The notes under the pieces were generated by a model, which was given only the letters and a program-made list of their open reading frames with translations, had not been told where the DNA came from and ran no database searches. A DNA stretch of 64,000 nucleotides from an uncultured Desulfobacter sp. (GTDB lineage Bacteria; Desulfobacterota; Desulfobacteria; Desulfobacterales; Desulfobacteraceae): positions 1,600,001 through 1,664,000 of the forward strand of contig OY762069.1 in NCBI GenBank assembly GCA_963665095.1. Direction: 5' to 3'. Shown here piece by piece: positions 8,920-18,771 of the stretch. Position numbers and translations under genes: made by a program. How positions within the stretch are numbered: position 1 is the stretch's first letter; the number at the start of each line of letters is the position of its first letter.

Positions 8920-10058
8920 GGCACGGTATTCTTGTCATCTGTAAATATACGATCTTCATATATCAGCTGTTCAAGGGTATGCGCCTCGTACGCCTGTTTT
9001 ACCCGGCCGGTAAGCCGCCCCTGTTCAATCATGGATTTTACCCAGAAATCCACGCCTCTATTCCATTGCACATCCGTTTCATTGTGAAATCGTATCAAGG
9101 GCAAGGATTTGTGTTCTACATCCATCGGAATACGTAACCAGCCGGCAACCTGCCGGGCACTTTTTTCCGGATATTGCCGGATAAACAGGTTGGCATTTTT
9201 CATCAGTTTCAGAAAAATTTCAGTTTCACGGGGATGTTGACTGACAAACAACTCATTTGCGGCCAGGACACAACAGGGATATCCTTTATGACTGCCTTTA
9301 GGGGGCAAATCTTTAAGACGGGCAATGGTCTTTCCCACACCTTTTGATTCAGCCAGGACAGGATACGGCTGCATGACCACAAATCCATCTATAAAACTGT
9401 TTTCCATTGCCGGTATCAGGTTGCGGGCACCGTAAAGATTAATGAGAACAATTTGAGCGTCTGTGTCATGAATATTTTTAGACCATTTGATATTACAGGC
9501 AGTCAGGGCGGTTTCGAATATCAGATTTTGAACAGAAACAGACCCTTTGTATCCAATCCTCAAAGGCCTGGTTCGACAACTGACCATATCTCCGAACGAG
9601 TCCCAGTCATGGGCCGGCAAAGCATTTGACACAACCAGCCCAGCGCCTTCGGACATCACCGGTGCTAAAATTTTTATAGGGGCTCCCTGGTCAATAAAAT
9701 GAAGAAGAGCAGGCATGCCGCCAAAGGAGATATCAGTATAGTGTTCATAAAGCTTGCGAATCAATTCGCCGCCCCCAAGTCCCGGTTCAATCACAACCTT
9801 TGCAACGTCCCTGTTATCTTTGATTAAGATATATTCCATGGGCAGATCAGTGGCTTTAAGATAAATGCCACCGTTCTGCATGAAGTAATCCGGATTCAGG
9901 GCCGCCACAAACAAAGGGGCATGATGATCATGCATGGCATGACCAACTTTTAAAACCGCCAGCTCATTGATCTGGGGTTTACAGGAAAGGCAGGAAAGGG
10001 CCAGGCTCCATCCTGCCAACATAAATACTGTTCTAAAAGGAATAGAAAATTTTCCCAC
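8916..10058 (-). CDS. SsuA/NMT1/NrtA-like substrate-binding lipoprotein
   Basis: Lipoprotein-like signal (LSCLSC), DHHAPLFVA, GSVSVQ, PCCVLA motifs; ATGA overlap with the kinase start. Confidence 0.8.
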   Translation of the reverse strand: MGKFSIPFRTVFMLAGWSLALSCLSCKPQINELAVLKVGHAMHDHHAPLFVAALNPDYFMQNGGIYLKATDLPMEYILIKDNRDVAKVVIEPGLGGGELIRKLYEHYTDISFGGMPALLHFIDQGAPIKILAPVMSEGAGLVVSNALPAHDWDSFGDMVSCRTRPLRIGYKGSVSVQNLIFETALTACNIKWSKNIHDTDAQIVLINLYGARNLIPAMENSFIDGFVVMQPYPVLAESKGVGKTIARLKDLPPKGSHKGYPCCVLAANELFVSQHPRETEIFLKLMKNANLFIRQYPEKSARQVAGWLRIPMDVEHKSLPLIRFHNETDVQWNRGVDFWVKSMIEQGRLTGRVKQAYEAHTLEQLIYEDRIFTDDKNTVP

Positions 10059-10240
10059 GGTATCGCAGTCTCAACTTTTACCTGGATTTCGTCATGATGT
10101 TAAGAATTACCTGACCGACAAGGCCAGTTACAATCATTTTGCCAACTTAAGTACTAATACCTATAAGCCATTTAATAGGTATTATCAATTCCTTTTAAAA
10201 ACGAGGCAGGGTAAAAGAGTGTTTTTACTACTGCTTATGA

Positions 10241-11113
10241 TCAGTTCCGCTGGGTCAACTGAGATAAAAGCATGCCGGCAAGGATCAGAATACATCCGGC
10301 AATGCCGCGGCCGGACAAAATCTCTCCTAAAAGCAGGCATCCTCCCACCGCAGCAAAAACAGACTCAAGACTGAAAATAACTGCCGCATGAGAAGCAGGG
10401 GTATTTTTCTGGGCATAGACCTGGAGCGAATAGGCAATCCCCACGGACATAAAGCCACCGTATGCAAGGGGAATGGTTGCGGCCTGGATGTCAGGAAACG
10501 TGGTGTGCTCCGTGAATGCGGAAACAATCATGCTGAGCACAGCACAGACAAAAAACTGAGTAAATGAGAGAAATACCGATGGAAACCGGTTAACAAAATG
10601 CCCGACGATCAGAAGGTGACCGGCAAATCCAAATGCGCAGGCCAGGACCAGAAGATCGCCCGGACCAATGTGAAGATCCTGTTTAACGCTGAGCAGAAAT
10701 ATCCCGGCCAGGGCCAGCAAGGCACTGATCCAGGTGGCAAGATTAATTTTTTCCTGATGCAGAAACAGATTGAAAAAAGGCACCAGCACCACGTATATAC
10801 CTGTAATAAATCCAGCTTTGCCGGCTGTGGTATACAGCAATCCCACCTGTTGAAAATTGGCTGCAAAGAAAAGCACAATACCGCAGGCTGTCCCGGCAAT
10901 GGCCAGCCCTATATATGAGCGGACTTTCATTTTTTCTCTGTTAAGTATCAGTAACGGTATAAGGGCAAAACACCCTAAAAAAAAACGGATACCGCTATAG
11001 GCAAATGGCCCGAGATGATCCATGCCCACACGCTGGGCCACAAAGGCAAACCCCCAGATCATAGCGGTAATTACCAGCAGGGCATCTGATTTTAAAGTTG
11101 CACGTGATATCAT
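10241..11113 (-). CDS. DMT/EamA family transporter
   Basis: IWGFAFVAQR, TTAGKAGFITG, AAVIFSLESVFA; about 10 TM. Confidence 0.93.
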   Translation of the reverse strand: MISRATLKSDALLVITAMIWGFAFVAQRVGMDHLGPFAYSGIRFFLGCFALIPLLILNREKMKVRSYIGLAIAGTACGIVLFFAANFQQVGLLYTTAGKAGFITGIYVVLVPFFNLFLHQEKINLATWISALLALAGIFLLSVKQDLHIGPGDLLVLACAFGFAGHLLIVGHFVNRFPSVFLSFTQFFVCAVLSMIVSAFTEHTTFPDIQAATIPLAYGGFMSVGIAYSLQVYAQKNTPASHAAVIFSLESVFAAVGGCLLLGEILSGRGIAGCILILAGMLLSQLTQRN

Positions 11114-11361
11114 TAAGGTTATCCTAAATTTTTACAGATCAATGCTTACATGCACAGCAGATACTGAGTTATCTGATAATGCCAAAAATATCAGATATTA
11201 CAGGCTCATTGTTGCAGACATGGTGGCCCATTCTTTTATCCTATGATCCAGGATCCGGTCAAGACAATTTGACACCGGTTGACAAGGCCACCTGTTTACT
11301 ATAGCCTTCTGCGGGCCTGGCCAGAAGAACGGTATCTTTATTTATTTGGAAGCAAATTTAC

Positions 11362-12075
11362 ATGATTATCAGTTTTATCCTTTGCATGGCAGCCTTTGCT
11401 TTCAGTTTTGCAGGATTTGGTTATGGCCTGATCGCCGTCCCGCTTCTGGCATTGATTGTCCCTGTAAAAACAGCCGTGGCCATTCAATTTCCCTTTTCAG
11501 TGCTTCTGGTACTGATGAATACCTGCCGGTATGGACGACAACTTCAATGGCAGGATTTAAAACCGCTTTTCATAGGAGCTGCCATTGCCATTCCCCTTGG
11601 CGCACTATCTTTGCACTGGTTTCCTGAACTTGTGATGAAGCGAACGCTTGCTATATTTATTGTGCTGACGGTGATAAGCAGACGGGTGGCTTTTAAAACG
11701 GAAATACTGCACCGTATTACCGGGACTTTTCAGGGTGGTATGTTCCTGGGATTTATCAGCGGATGGTTTACAGGTGCCTATACAACAGGGGGTCCACCAG
11801 CGGTGATTTATGCCACAGGCAGATTCCCGGATATGGATAAAGCCAAAGGGGTGATGGGTGTCTATTTTCTGATTTCCGATCTCATGATTATGGGCCTGTT
11901 CTTATTCACAGGGGTGATTACCGCTGACACCCTGAAACAATCGTTCCTGTACACTCCGGCCGTACTCATTGGTCTTTTTGCAGGCCTGCTCTCCCTGAAA
12001 CGTGTCAGCTACAAGGGATACATGGCCGGTGTTGACACGCTTCTGATCATCGCGGCAGCCATGCTGAGCGTATAG
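11362..12075 (+). CDS. TauE/SafE family sulfite exporter-like membrane protein
   Basis: GFGYGLIAVPLL and SGWFTGAYTTGGPP motifs; hydrophobic, 237 aa. Confidence 0.85.
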   Translation: MIISFILCMAAFAFSFAGFGYGLIAVPLLALIVPVKTAVAIQFPFSVLLVLMNTCRYGRQLQWQDLKPLFIGAAIAIPLGALSLHWFPELVMKRTLAIFIVLTVISRRVAFKTEILHRITGTFQGGMFLGFISGWFTGAYTTGGPPAVIYATGRFPDMDKAKGVMGVYFLISDLMIMGLFLFTGVITADTLKQSFLYTPAVLIGLFAGLLSLKRVSYKGYMAGVDTLLIIAAAMLSV

Positions 12076-14028
12076 TTACATATAGTCCACAAGGCTTAGC
12101 CCCATGACAATGGATGTAGAACTCAAAGCCGCTTCATAAACCGTCTGAGTGGAATTGAGCACCATAATGGCCTCCACAGTATCCGCATCCTCCACGGTTG
12201 ACAGTTGTGTTGTCAGGGTGGATTCCGAATCAGAGATGGTGGCTTCGGTAATTGTGGTGGTATCGTAGATGCTTCCAATGGAGGAGATACTGGAGGTAAT
12301 ACTTTCATAGTGATTTTCCAGCCGGGTCATGGCCCGCTGTATGCCGTCCACATCGTTGTTTTCCAAGGCTTCCTTGAGGTCAAAAATGGTATCCCAGATG
12401 CTCCAGGTGGTCTGTTCCCCCTCCACAGGGCCTGATGAGACATCCACACCGTTGAAACCAAGGTCTGAGGAGGCACTGGTGGCAGCATTGGTGCCGCTGG
12501 AAAAAAGCAGATCAAAGGATTCAAGCTGCCTGCCGGTGTCAACATCCTCGCTGATGGTAAAGGTGTTGCTGTTCTCGTCGTATTCAACCGAATAGTTGAC
12601 CCGGTTGCCGTTCTCAGCAGAGGCAGTTTCAAGGGCTTCTTCCACAGCTTCAGCGTAAGATTCCGGATCTGAATAACTGCCGGCCTCTATTACAGCGGTC
12701 AGTTGTACACTGGCATCGCCATCCAGAGTGGTTTCAGTGAAATCAATGGTGTCATTTTCCCCTGCCACCACTGAAAATGTCTCAGCCACTTCAACATCAC
12801 TGCTTACGGGTTCAAGGGTCACTGTTTCCGAATCAAACCCAAGATCTGCCAGAATACTGGCATTTTCATACCCTTCTACAATGTCAAAGGAGATAACAGT
12901 CCCCTCTTCCGGGATGTCGTTTAAATCAATGACAATATCCGTGTCCCCGTCATCATCCACATCAATTTCTATGGTGCTGCCACTGGCTTCAATTTCAGAA
13001 GGAAGACCATATCCGGGATCATTGGAGACTTCCCAGGTACCGTCTTCGGTATATGTCAGGGTCAGCGGATCCGAACCTTCCGGCTCCGGCGTATATTCGG
13101 TTAATGCTGTGGCATTGACAATTTCAATTTCCGCATCTTCAAAATCCTGGCCGGCTGATTCAAAATTTGAAATCCGCACCGTTTCAGTCTGAATAGCCTC
13201 AAAAGTAACGGTAGTTGTGGTATCACTGCCGTCAGTGCCAATGGAAAATGTGTTGGATGCTTCATCATATGCCACTTCATAGACAATACCGTACCCCTGT
13301 TCTTCCGACGCCTCATTCAGGGTATCTTCAACAACGGCAGCCAGTGCTTCCTTACTGTAGGTGCCGCTGGTCACGGTGGCTTCAAGGACAATGATGTTTT
13401 CTTCACCCGTTCCCGGATCTTCAGTGAATATAATCTGGTTATTGGTGGTATCTACAATGATTTCATCTTCATAAAACAGATCACATCCGCAGCAGGCAAG
13501 GGATACATCCGTATTTTCAGAAATACTGATATTTACCGCGTCACTGGTGCCGTTATAGCTGACACTGGTGGGATTATCGTCGTCGTCCGGAGTAAACGGG
13601 GCAGTTTGATTATCATCCCCTGCAAAAACATATCCGCCATAAGCGTCTGAGTTGGCAAGGTCCAGAAGGGTATCGAGGTAGACCAGCATGCTTTCAGCCG
13701 CATCCGTGCGTTCCTGGGTGCTGGATGAGGCATTGGCAAGGGAAGAACACAAAAGCTTCATTTCGGACAACTGATCTGCAATGGAGTCAAGGGCGGTTTC
13801 AGCTGTGGTCAGCACGGTCTGGGCCTGGTCAACATTGGTCTGATACTGGTCCAGGCTTGCCAGGGTGGAGTTGATGCTTAATACCTGGGTCATTCCGGAA
13901 GGATCATCTGATGCCGAATTGATCTTCAGGTTGGTGGAGACGGTCTCATTGGCCTCGCTGAGATCGGAAGTAAGCCTGCCAAGCTGATATGTGGCCTGTT
14001 TATATATGCTTATTGTGGGCACTCTCAT
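12076..14028 (-). CDS. flgL: Flagellar hook-associated protein 3
   Basis: MRV..., KINSASDDPSG, LAN...GGYVFAG, C-term STVEDAD...YEAAL...LSLVDYM; follows flgK. Confidence 0.93.
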   Translation of the reverse strand: MRVPTISIYKQATYQLGRLTSDLSEANETVSTNLKINSASDDPSGMTQVLSINSTLASLDQYQTNVDQAQTVLTTAETALDSIADQLSEMKLLCSSLANASSSTQERTDAAESMLVYLDTLLDLANSDAYGGYVFAGDDNQTAPFTPDDDDNPTSVSYNGTSDAVNISISENTDVSLACCGCDLFYEDEIIVDTTNNQIIFTEDPGTGEENIIVLEATVTSGTYSKEALAAVVEDTLNEASEEQGYGIVYEVAYDEASNTFSIGTDGSDTTTTVTFEAIQTETVRISNFESAGQDFEDAEIEIVNATALTEYTPEPEGSDPLTLTYTEDGTWEVSNDPGYGLPSEIEASGSTIEIDVDDDGDTDIVIDLNDIPEEGTVISFDIVEGYENASILADLGFDSETVTLEPVSSDVEVAETFSVVAGENDTIDFTETTLDGDASVQLTAVIEAGSYSDPESYAEAVEEALETASAENGNRVNYSVEYDENSNTFTISEDVDTGRQLESFDLLFSSGTNAATSASSDLGFNGVDVSSGPVEGEQTTWSIWDTIFDLKEALENNDVDGIQRAMTRLENHYESITSSISSIGSIYDTTTITEATISDSESTLTTQLSTVEDADTVEAIMVLNSTQTVYEAALSSTSIVMGLSLVDYM

Positions 14029-14098
14029 GAAGGATCTCCCCGAAATACTGTAATTACACAGTCCTTTAAAAAGCTGCTTTCAACAATTTTTATATGCG

Positions 14099-17000
14099 TC
14101 ACCGTATGGCCAAAAGGGCCTCAAACATCTCTTCCACAGTTGTCAGCAACTGGGCCGCGGCAAGATACGCCTGCTGCTGGGCTGTCAGGTTGATCATCTC
14201 CTCGTCCAGGGAGACCGCGGAAATAGAATCCCGCTGTGACGTGAGCTGGTAAACCAGCGTTTCTGCATACTCCAGTGCAGAGGAAATACTTGAAGCGGCA
14301 GAACCCACGGACGACACCAAAGAGGCCTGGTAATCGTCAAGGGTTGTCTGGGTTACAGTAACCGAAACCCCCTCCCCTCTGGTATAGGTGTACGCCTTCA
14401 TATCCAGGGTGGTATACCGGGTATCTGACATGGCCAGGGCATTGGTGTTATCACTAGCAGCAAGCGCCCCTGTTTCAGTATCCACCATGCCGGAGGCAAG
14501 ATAATCACCGTCCGACACCACCTCATTCACACTGATGGTGGCAGCATCCGTGCCGGTAAAAAAGGTATTCACACCCAGGGCTGCGGCAAGGCCGCAATCC
14601 CCGTCAACATCCCCTGCAAAGGCATAGGAAAGGTCATCGGCATCCTTTGACTCAAAATCGATACGGATATATCCATCCCCGGTAACTGCCTTGTCAAAGA
14701 TAATTTCAATATCACCGATGCCGTCACCGTCCAGATCAATTTCAAACCCGTCGTCATCCCCGCCCTCAGGAATGATGGTAATGGTGCCGCCGGTGGGATC
14801 ATTGGCCACATACCAGGTGCCGTTGCTGCGTACAAACTGCAGGTCTTCTGCCTCAATTGTAAGGGCATTGTAGTTTAATACCGTAATTTCAAAATTTTCT
14901 TCATCAATGTTGTCAGCCCCTGAACAGGAGACATTTTCTATGGCACAATAATCGTCACTGGTTTGAAAAACGAGTGTGTTGTCCCCGGTAACAGAAGTGG
15001 CCACCCCCCCGGCACTGCGGTTGAATTCCTCGGCAAAGGATTCAAGGGTCCAGTGCCAGTCAGACAGGGTTTCAACGGTATTTCCATCGGCATCAGTTAC
15101 AGCATCACCGTTCTCATCCGTAGTAATATAAAAAACATCTCCTTCCACCAGAGTCCCGGAATCAAAGGTCAGGGTCATGCCGTCCACGGCCACGGTTATC
15201 TGGGAATTTTCATCCTCGGTACCTTCCAGTTCAATGGCGCCTGATCCGGTTTCAGATGTCCACTCAATTACAATAACATCTTCATTATCCGGCAGGGTTC
15301 CTCCGGAAACAACCGTAAACTCATAGGTATCATCGACGCTTGCAGCCGTTCCTGTCACATAAACGTCAAGCAGATCCGCCTGCCCATCCTCATCCGTATT
15401 TATCCGCAGGGTATTTCCAGCCACCAGACTGCCTTCAGAAATGTCAAAGCTTAAGATAGTTTCCCCGTCTTCGGTTATTTCCACCACACCGGATTGGTCC
15501 ACTTCTATGTACCCGGATGTACCGGTACTGTTACCCGCCTCATCCAGCACTTCCCAATAGAGTATGGCAGCATCCCCATAGGTAACAGCCGTGGTTGAGT
15601 TTTTAGTATCGGAATTGGCCACCAGGGTATCATTTTCAGGTGTTTCACTTCCGCTGCCTGTTCCCGTGGTAACACTTAAGGTGCTGTTTCCGAGAGTGGA
15701 GCTGAAATCGGTAATTTCAACGGCATCATCTCCGGTCTTTACAATGGTGATCGAGGTGCCGTTTTTAATAATCTCATAGCTTTCTGAAGGTAACACAGCT
15801 GACAGGGCGTCGTACAAATCCTGGGCGTTGGACGCATCATCCAGGCCGTTAGTTACAGTGTAGGATATTGTGTAGTCATCCACGTCAAAGGAGATAACAG
15901 ACCCGGTATAAAACTGATTATCATCCCCGTCAAAGCCCAGTGTAATCATGCTTGAGCCTGAACCTGAACTGCCTGAGGCGCCGAAAAGTCCGGTGTCAGA
16001 CGTCTGGTCCGAGGAGATTTCCATCCCGGGATCCATCACAATGGTGACACTTCCGGTGATCACGGCAGCTGTATCATACCCGCTGTATGCATCCCCAACA
16101 ATGGCAGAAACACCGGTTTGGGAGCTGGTCTCACACCCGGATAAATATACGGTCAGGTAATCAGTGGAAACAGGGGCAGAATAGATAACCTCCGAGTCAT
16201 ATGGTGTACCAAATGTCAGGATGCCGTCACCTGAATCAGTTTGTGAGCCGGACAAGGGAGTAACTGCAATAGTGGCGTCATCACCTGAATCTGCATCAGC
16301 ATCAAGTATTGACATATAATTACTGGTGGTGCCATGCAAAATAACGGCATCGTTATCTGCATCATACTCTACGCTTAAAAGCCCATTGCCCTCCTCTTCC
16401 ACGGCAGCAGACATGGCATCATAAAACGCCAGTGAGACCGCTGCCTGATCAGAGGTATCAACATCGGTTAAATCCACCTCAACATCAATGTAGGTATCCA
16501 CCCCATCCACAGTTACCATCAGGCTGAAACCGACCGTATCGCCCTGGTTGAAATTCTGAAACGAACTGAGCTGATAGCCGGCCGTGTCCACCACTTCAAA
16601 ATCCTGGATACCAAGGGTGGCGCCTGAGGCGCTTTCAATGGTGGTGCCGTCCACTGCCAGATCCGTGTCCTGCCTGGTTTCATTGATGGATTGAGCTGCA
16701 GCTGCCAGAGCATCTTCAAACTGTTCTTCAAGGGTACCGGCGGAAGAATCCACCGTAAAACTGACGGTTTCTTCCACCCCGTCAACGTATAAAGTAAACT
16801 GAACCACATCACCGTCATCAGCATCACTTATCTTTGAAATGTCAAAATTAAGTTCCGTAGTTGAGGCATAAGCAGTAATACCGTCAATGTCGGACAATTC
16901 ATCTGCAATATCTGCAGCAGAGCGAACCGCGTCTGATCCGTCATCACCGATATCAAGTGTCCAGGTATCATTACCATTGGAAATGGTTAAGGTCTGTTCC

Positions 17001-18286
17001 GACAGTGCAGCATCCAGGGCATCTGCGATATCAGAGGCGCTTGTGGTAATGCTGCCCAGATTGGTTGCGCCGGACTGCACTAAAATCTGTTCTCCCAAAG
17101 TGCCTTCATCAATCACTGTGATTTCATAGGTACTGCTCTCCTCGCCGGTTCCGGAAATATTTGAAATTTCAGAGGTAGAAATGGCCATATCTACCGTTAC
17201 GGTCTGGTATTCGGAATCAGTACCGGAGGCATCCTGGATCACCATGGAAAAATCTTTCGAATAATCTATGTCATCTCCATAGTAAAGACTGGCAAGGGTA
17301 CCGATGTCTCCGGCCTCATATGTTCCTTCAAGGGAACCTGAAAAATAGGTCTGGCCGGCGCCCTGGGAGTGGACATAATTCAGCGTCCAGATTAGGTTTG
17401 ACGCCAGTTCATCAAATTCAGCCATGGTTTCAGGGATAATGACGTCTCTGACTTCCAGCCATCCGGCAATGGCACCACAGGATATGTCATCGGTAATGTC
17501 ATAGGCGTTCCCGGATTTCCCGTTCCAGTATACGCTGCCCTGCTTTACGCTCAAGTCATAGGCAATCCCGTCCTCCACCAGGGGCAGGCCGCTGGTGGTA
17601 ATGAGATAGGTGCCGTCCTCCTTGACTGTGATATCAATGTCAATCAGTTCACCTAAGTCATCCACCAGGGCATTTCGTTCGTCTTCCAGATCATTGGCAT
17701 TGCCACCAGTGCTTTCAGCATTAATAATGGACAGATTCAATGCGGCAATCTGCTCGGCAATGGAGTTGACTTCGGATACGGCGGAAGATATTTCCGTATT
17801 CAGATTCGCAGTCAGTTCGGTTAAATCTTCCTCAATGGCATTGATACGGTCTGCCAGGGCCACACCTGCATCATACACGGCATTTTGCTCAGTTTCCCCG
17901 GAAGGGTTATTGCTCAAATCTTCCCAGGCAGACCAGTAGGCATCCAGCAGGGTGTTCAGACTGTCGTCACTGTCCTCGGAAAACAAATCCTCAATGGTGG
18001 CCATGTAGACCTCTTCCTCTTCCAGGGCCGCCTGGGTGGACAGTTCAGAGGTAAGGGCATTTTCAATGGTCTGGTTGACTGAACTTTCCACTGTTTCAAC
18101 GGTCACGCCGGTACCGTAGATATTTCCCCCGGGAGAGACCGTGGAGGTGGTGGACAAGACTGCCGTCTGGATGCTGTAATCATCATTATCCGCATTGGCA
18201 ATATTCTGGCTGGTCACGCTGATGGCGGACTGGTAGGCGGAAATGGCATTTGCCGCCGTGTTTAATATGGCATTCAGGCTGCTCAT
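14099..18286 (-). CDS. flgK: Flagellar hook-associated protein 1 (1395 aa)
   Basis: VTSQNIANA...YS.Q, NDLEDERNAL, C-term QRDSISAVSLDEEMINL...AYLAAAQLL. Confidence 0.94.
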   Translation of the reverse strand: MSSLNAILNTAANAISAYQSAISVTSQNIANADNDDYSIQTAVLSTTSTVSPGGNIYGTGVTVETVESSVNQTIENALTSELSTQAALEEEEVYMATIEDLFSEDSDDSLNTLLDAYWSAWEDLSNNPSGETEQNAVYDAGVALADRINAIEEDLTELTANLNTEISSAVSEVNSIAEQIAALNLSIINAESTGGNANDLEDERNALVDDLGELIDIDITVKEDGTYLITTSGLPLVEDGIAYDLSVKQGSVYWNGKSGNAYDITDDISCGAIAGWLEVRDVIIPETMAEFDELASNLIWTLNYVHSQGAGQTYFSGSLEGTYEAGDIGTLASLYYGDDIDYSKDFSMVIQDASGTDSEYQTVTVDMAISTSEISNISGTGEESSTYEITVIDEGTLGEQILVQSGATNLGSITTSASDIADALDAALSEQTLTISNGNDTWTLDIGDDGSDAVRSAADIADELSDIDGITAYASTTELNFDISKISDADDGDVVQFTLYVDGVEETVSFTVDSSAGTLEEQFEDALAAAAQSINETRQDTDLAVDGTTIESASGATLGIQDFEVVDTAGYQLSSFQNFNQGDTVGFSLMVTVDGVDTYIDVEVDLTDVDTSDQAAVSLAFYDAMSAAVEEEGNGLLSVEYDADNDAVILHGTTSNYMSILDADADSGDDATIAVTPLSGSQTDSGDGILTFGTPYDSEVIYSAPVSTDYLTVYLSGCETSSQTGVSAIVGDAYSGYDTAAVITGSVTIVMDPGMEISSDQTSDTGLFGASGSSGSGSSMITLGFDGDDNQFYTGSVISFDVDDYTISYTVTNGLDDASNAQDLYDALSAVLPSESYEIIKNGTSITIVKTGDDAVEITDFSSTLGNSTLSVTTGTGSGSETPENDTLVANSDTKNSTTAVTYGDAAILYWEVLDEAGNSTGTSGYIEVDQSGVVEITEDGETILSFDISEGSLVAGNTLRINTDEDGQADLLDVYVTGTAASVDDTYEFTVVSGGTLPDNEDVIVIEWTSETGSGAIELEGTEDENSQITVAVDGMTLTFDSGTLVEGDVFYITTDENGDAVTDADGNTVETLSDWHWTLESFAEEFNRSAGGVATSVTGDNTLVFQTSDDYCAIENVSCSGADNIDEENFEITVLNYNALTIEAEDLQFVRSNGTWYVANDPTGGTITIIPEGGDDDGFEIDLDGDGIGDIEIIFDKAVTGDGYIRIDFESKDADDLSYAFAGDVDGDCGLAAALGVNTFFTGTDAATISVNEVVSDGDYLASGMVDTETGALAASDNTNALAMSDTRYTTLDMKAYTYTRGEGVSVTVTQTTLDDYQASLVSSVGSAASSISSALEYAETLVYQLTSQRDSISAVSLDEEMINLTAQQQAYLAAAQLLTTVEEMFEALLAIR

Positions 18287-18759
18287 GGCGTGAGCGTTCT
18301 TCCCTGGTGAACATAGCTGGATGCCGCGTGCAGCCGGTCCAGAACACCTTTAAACAACACCCCGTTGCGGCGGGCTGAATTCATCAGCTCCCTGTGCCGG
18401 TTTTCAAGATCCCGGGCCAGCGGGAAAAGAAGCTCCTTTTGTTCAGATGTCAGATTGGGAATCATTTTAACCCGGTTGACCAGGGTCCTTGGCATGGTTG
18501 AAGGTATTTCCCTGCCGGCCATGGCCCGGAGCTGCTCACTGATGGCGCGCACCAGATGTTCAAACCGGTTGACGCAGTTTCTTTTTCTTAGGATGAGCTG
18601 GTTCAGTGATTTGGGGTCATAGGCCATACCAGCCACATATTCAGCATCCAGAATGCGGTTCAGCTCCTTATGCAGGGCCCGGGTCCTGACCATTTTTCTT
18701 TCAAGCACAGCCACCTGGTCTTCTGCTTCCATGTCCGTATAAATTAAGGGAAGTATCAT
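18283..18759 (-). CDS. FlgN-like flagellar export chaperone
   Basis: 158-aa helical protein immediately upstream of and overlapping flgK; ELMNSARRNGVL resembles the FlgN C-terminal pattern; mainly a synteny call. Confidence 0.65.
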   Translation of the reverse strand: MILPLIYTDMEAEDQVAVLERKMVRTRALHKELNRILDAEYVAGMAYDPKSLNQLILRKRNCVNRFEHLVRAISEQLRAMAGREIPSTMPRTLVNRVKMIPNLTSEQKELLFPLARDLENRHRELMNSARRNGVLFKGVLDRLHAASSYVHQGRTLTP

Positions 18760-18771
18760 GCTTTTATTCTC

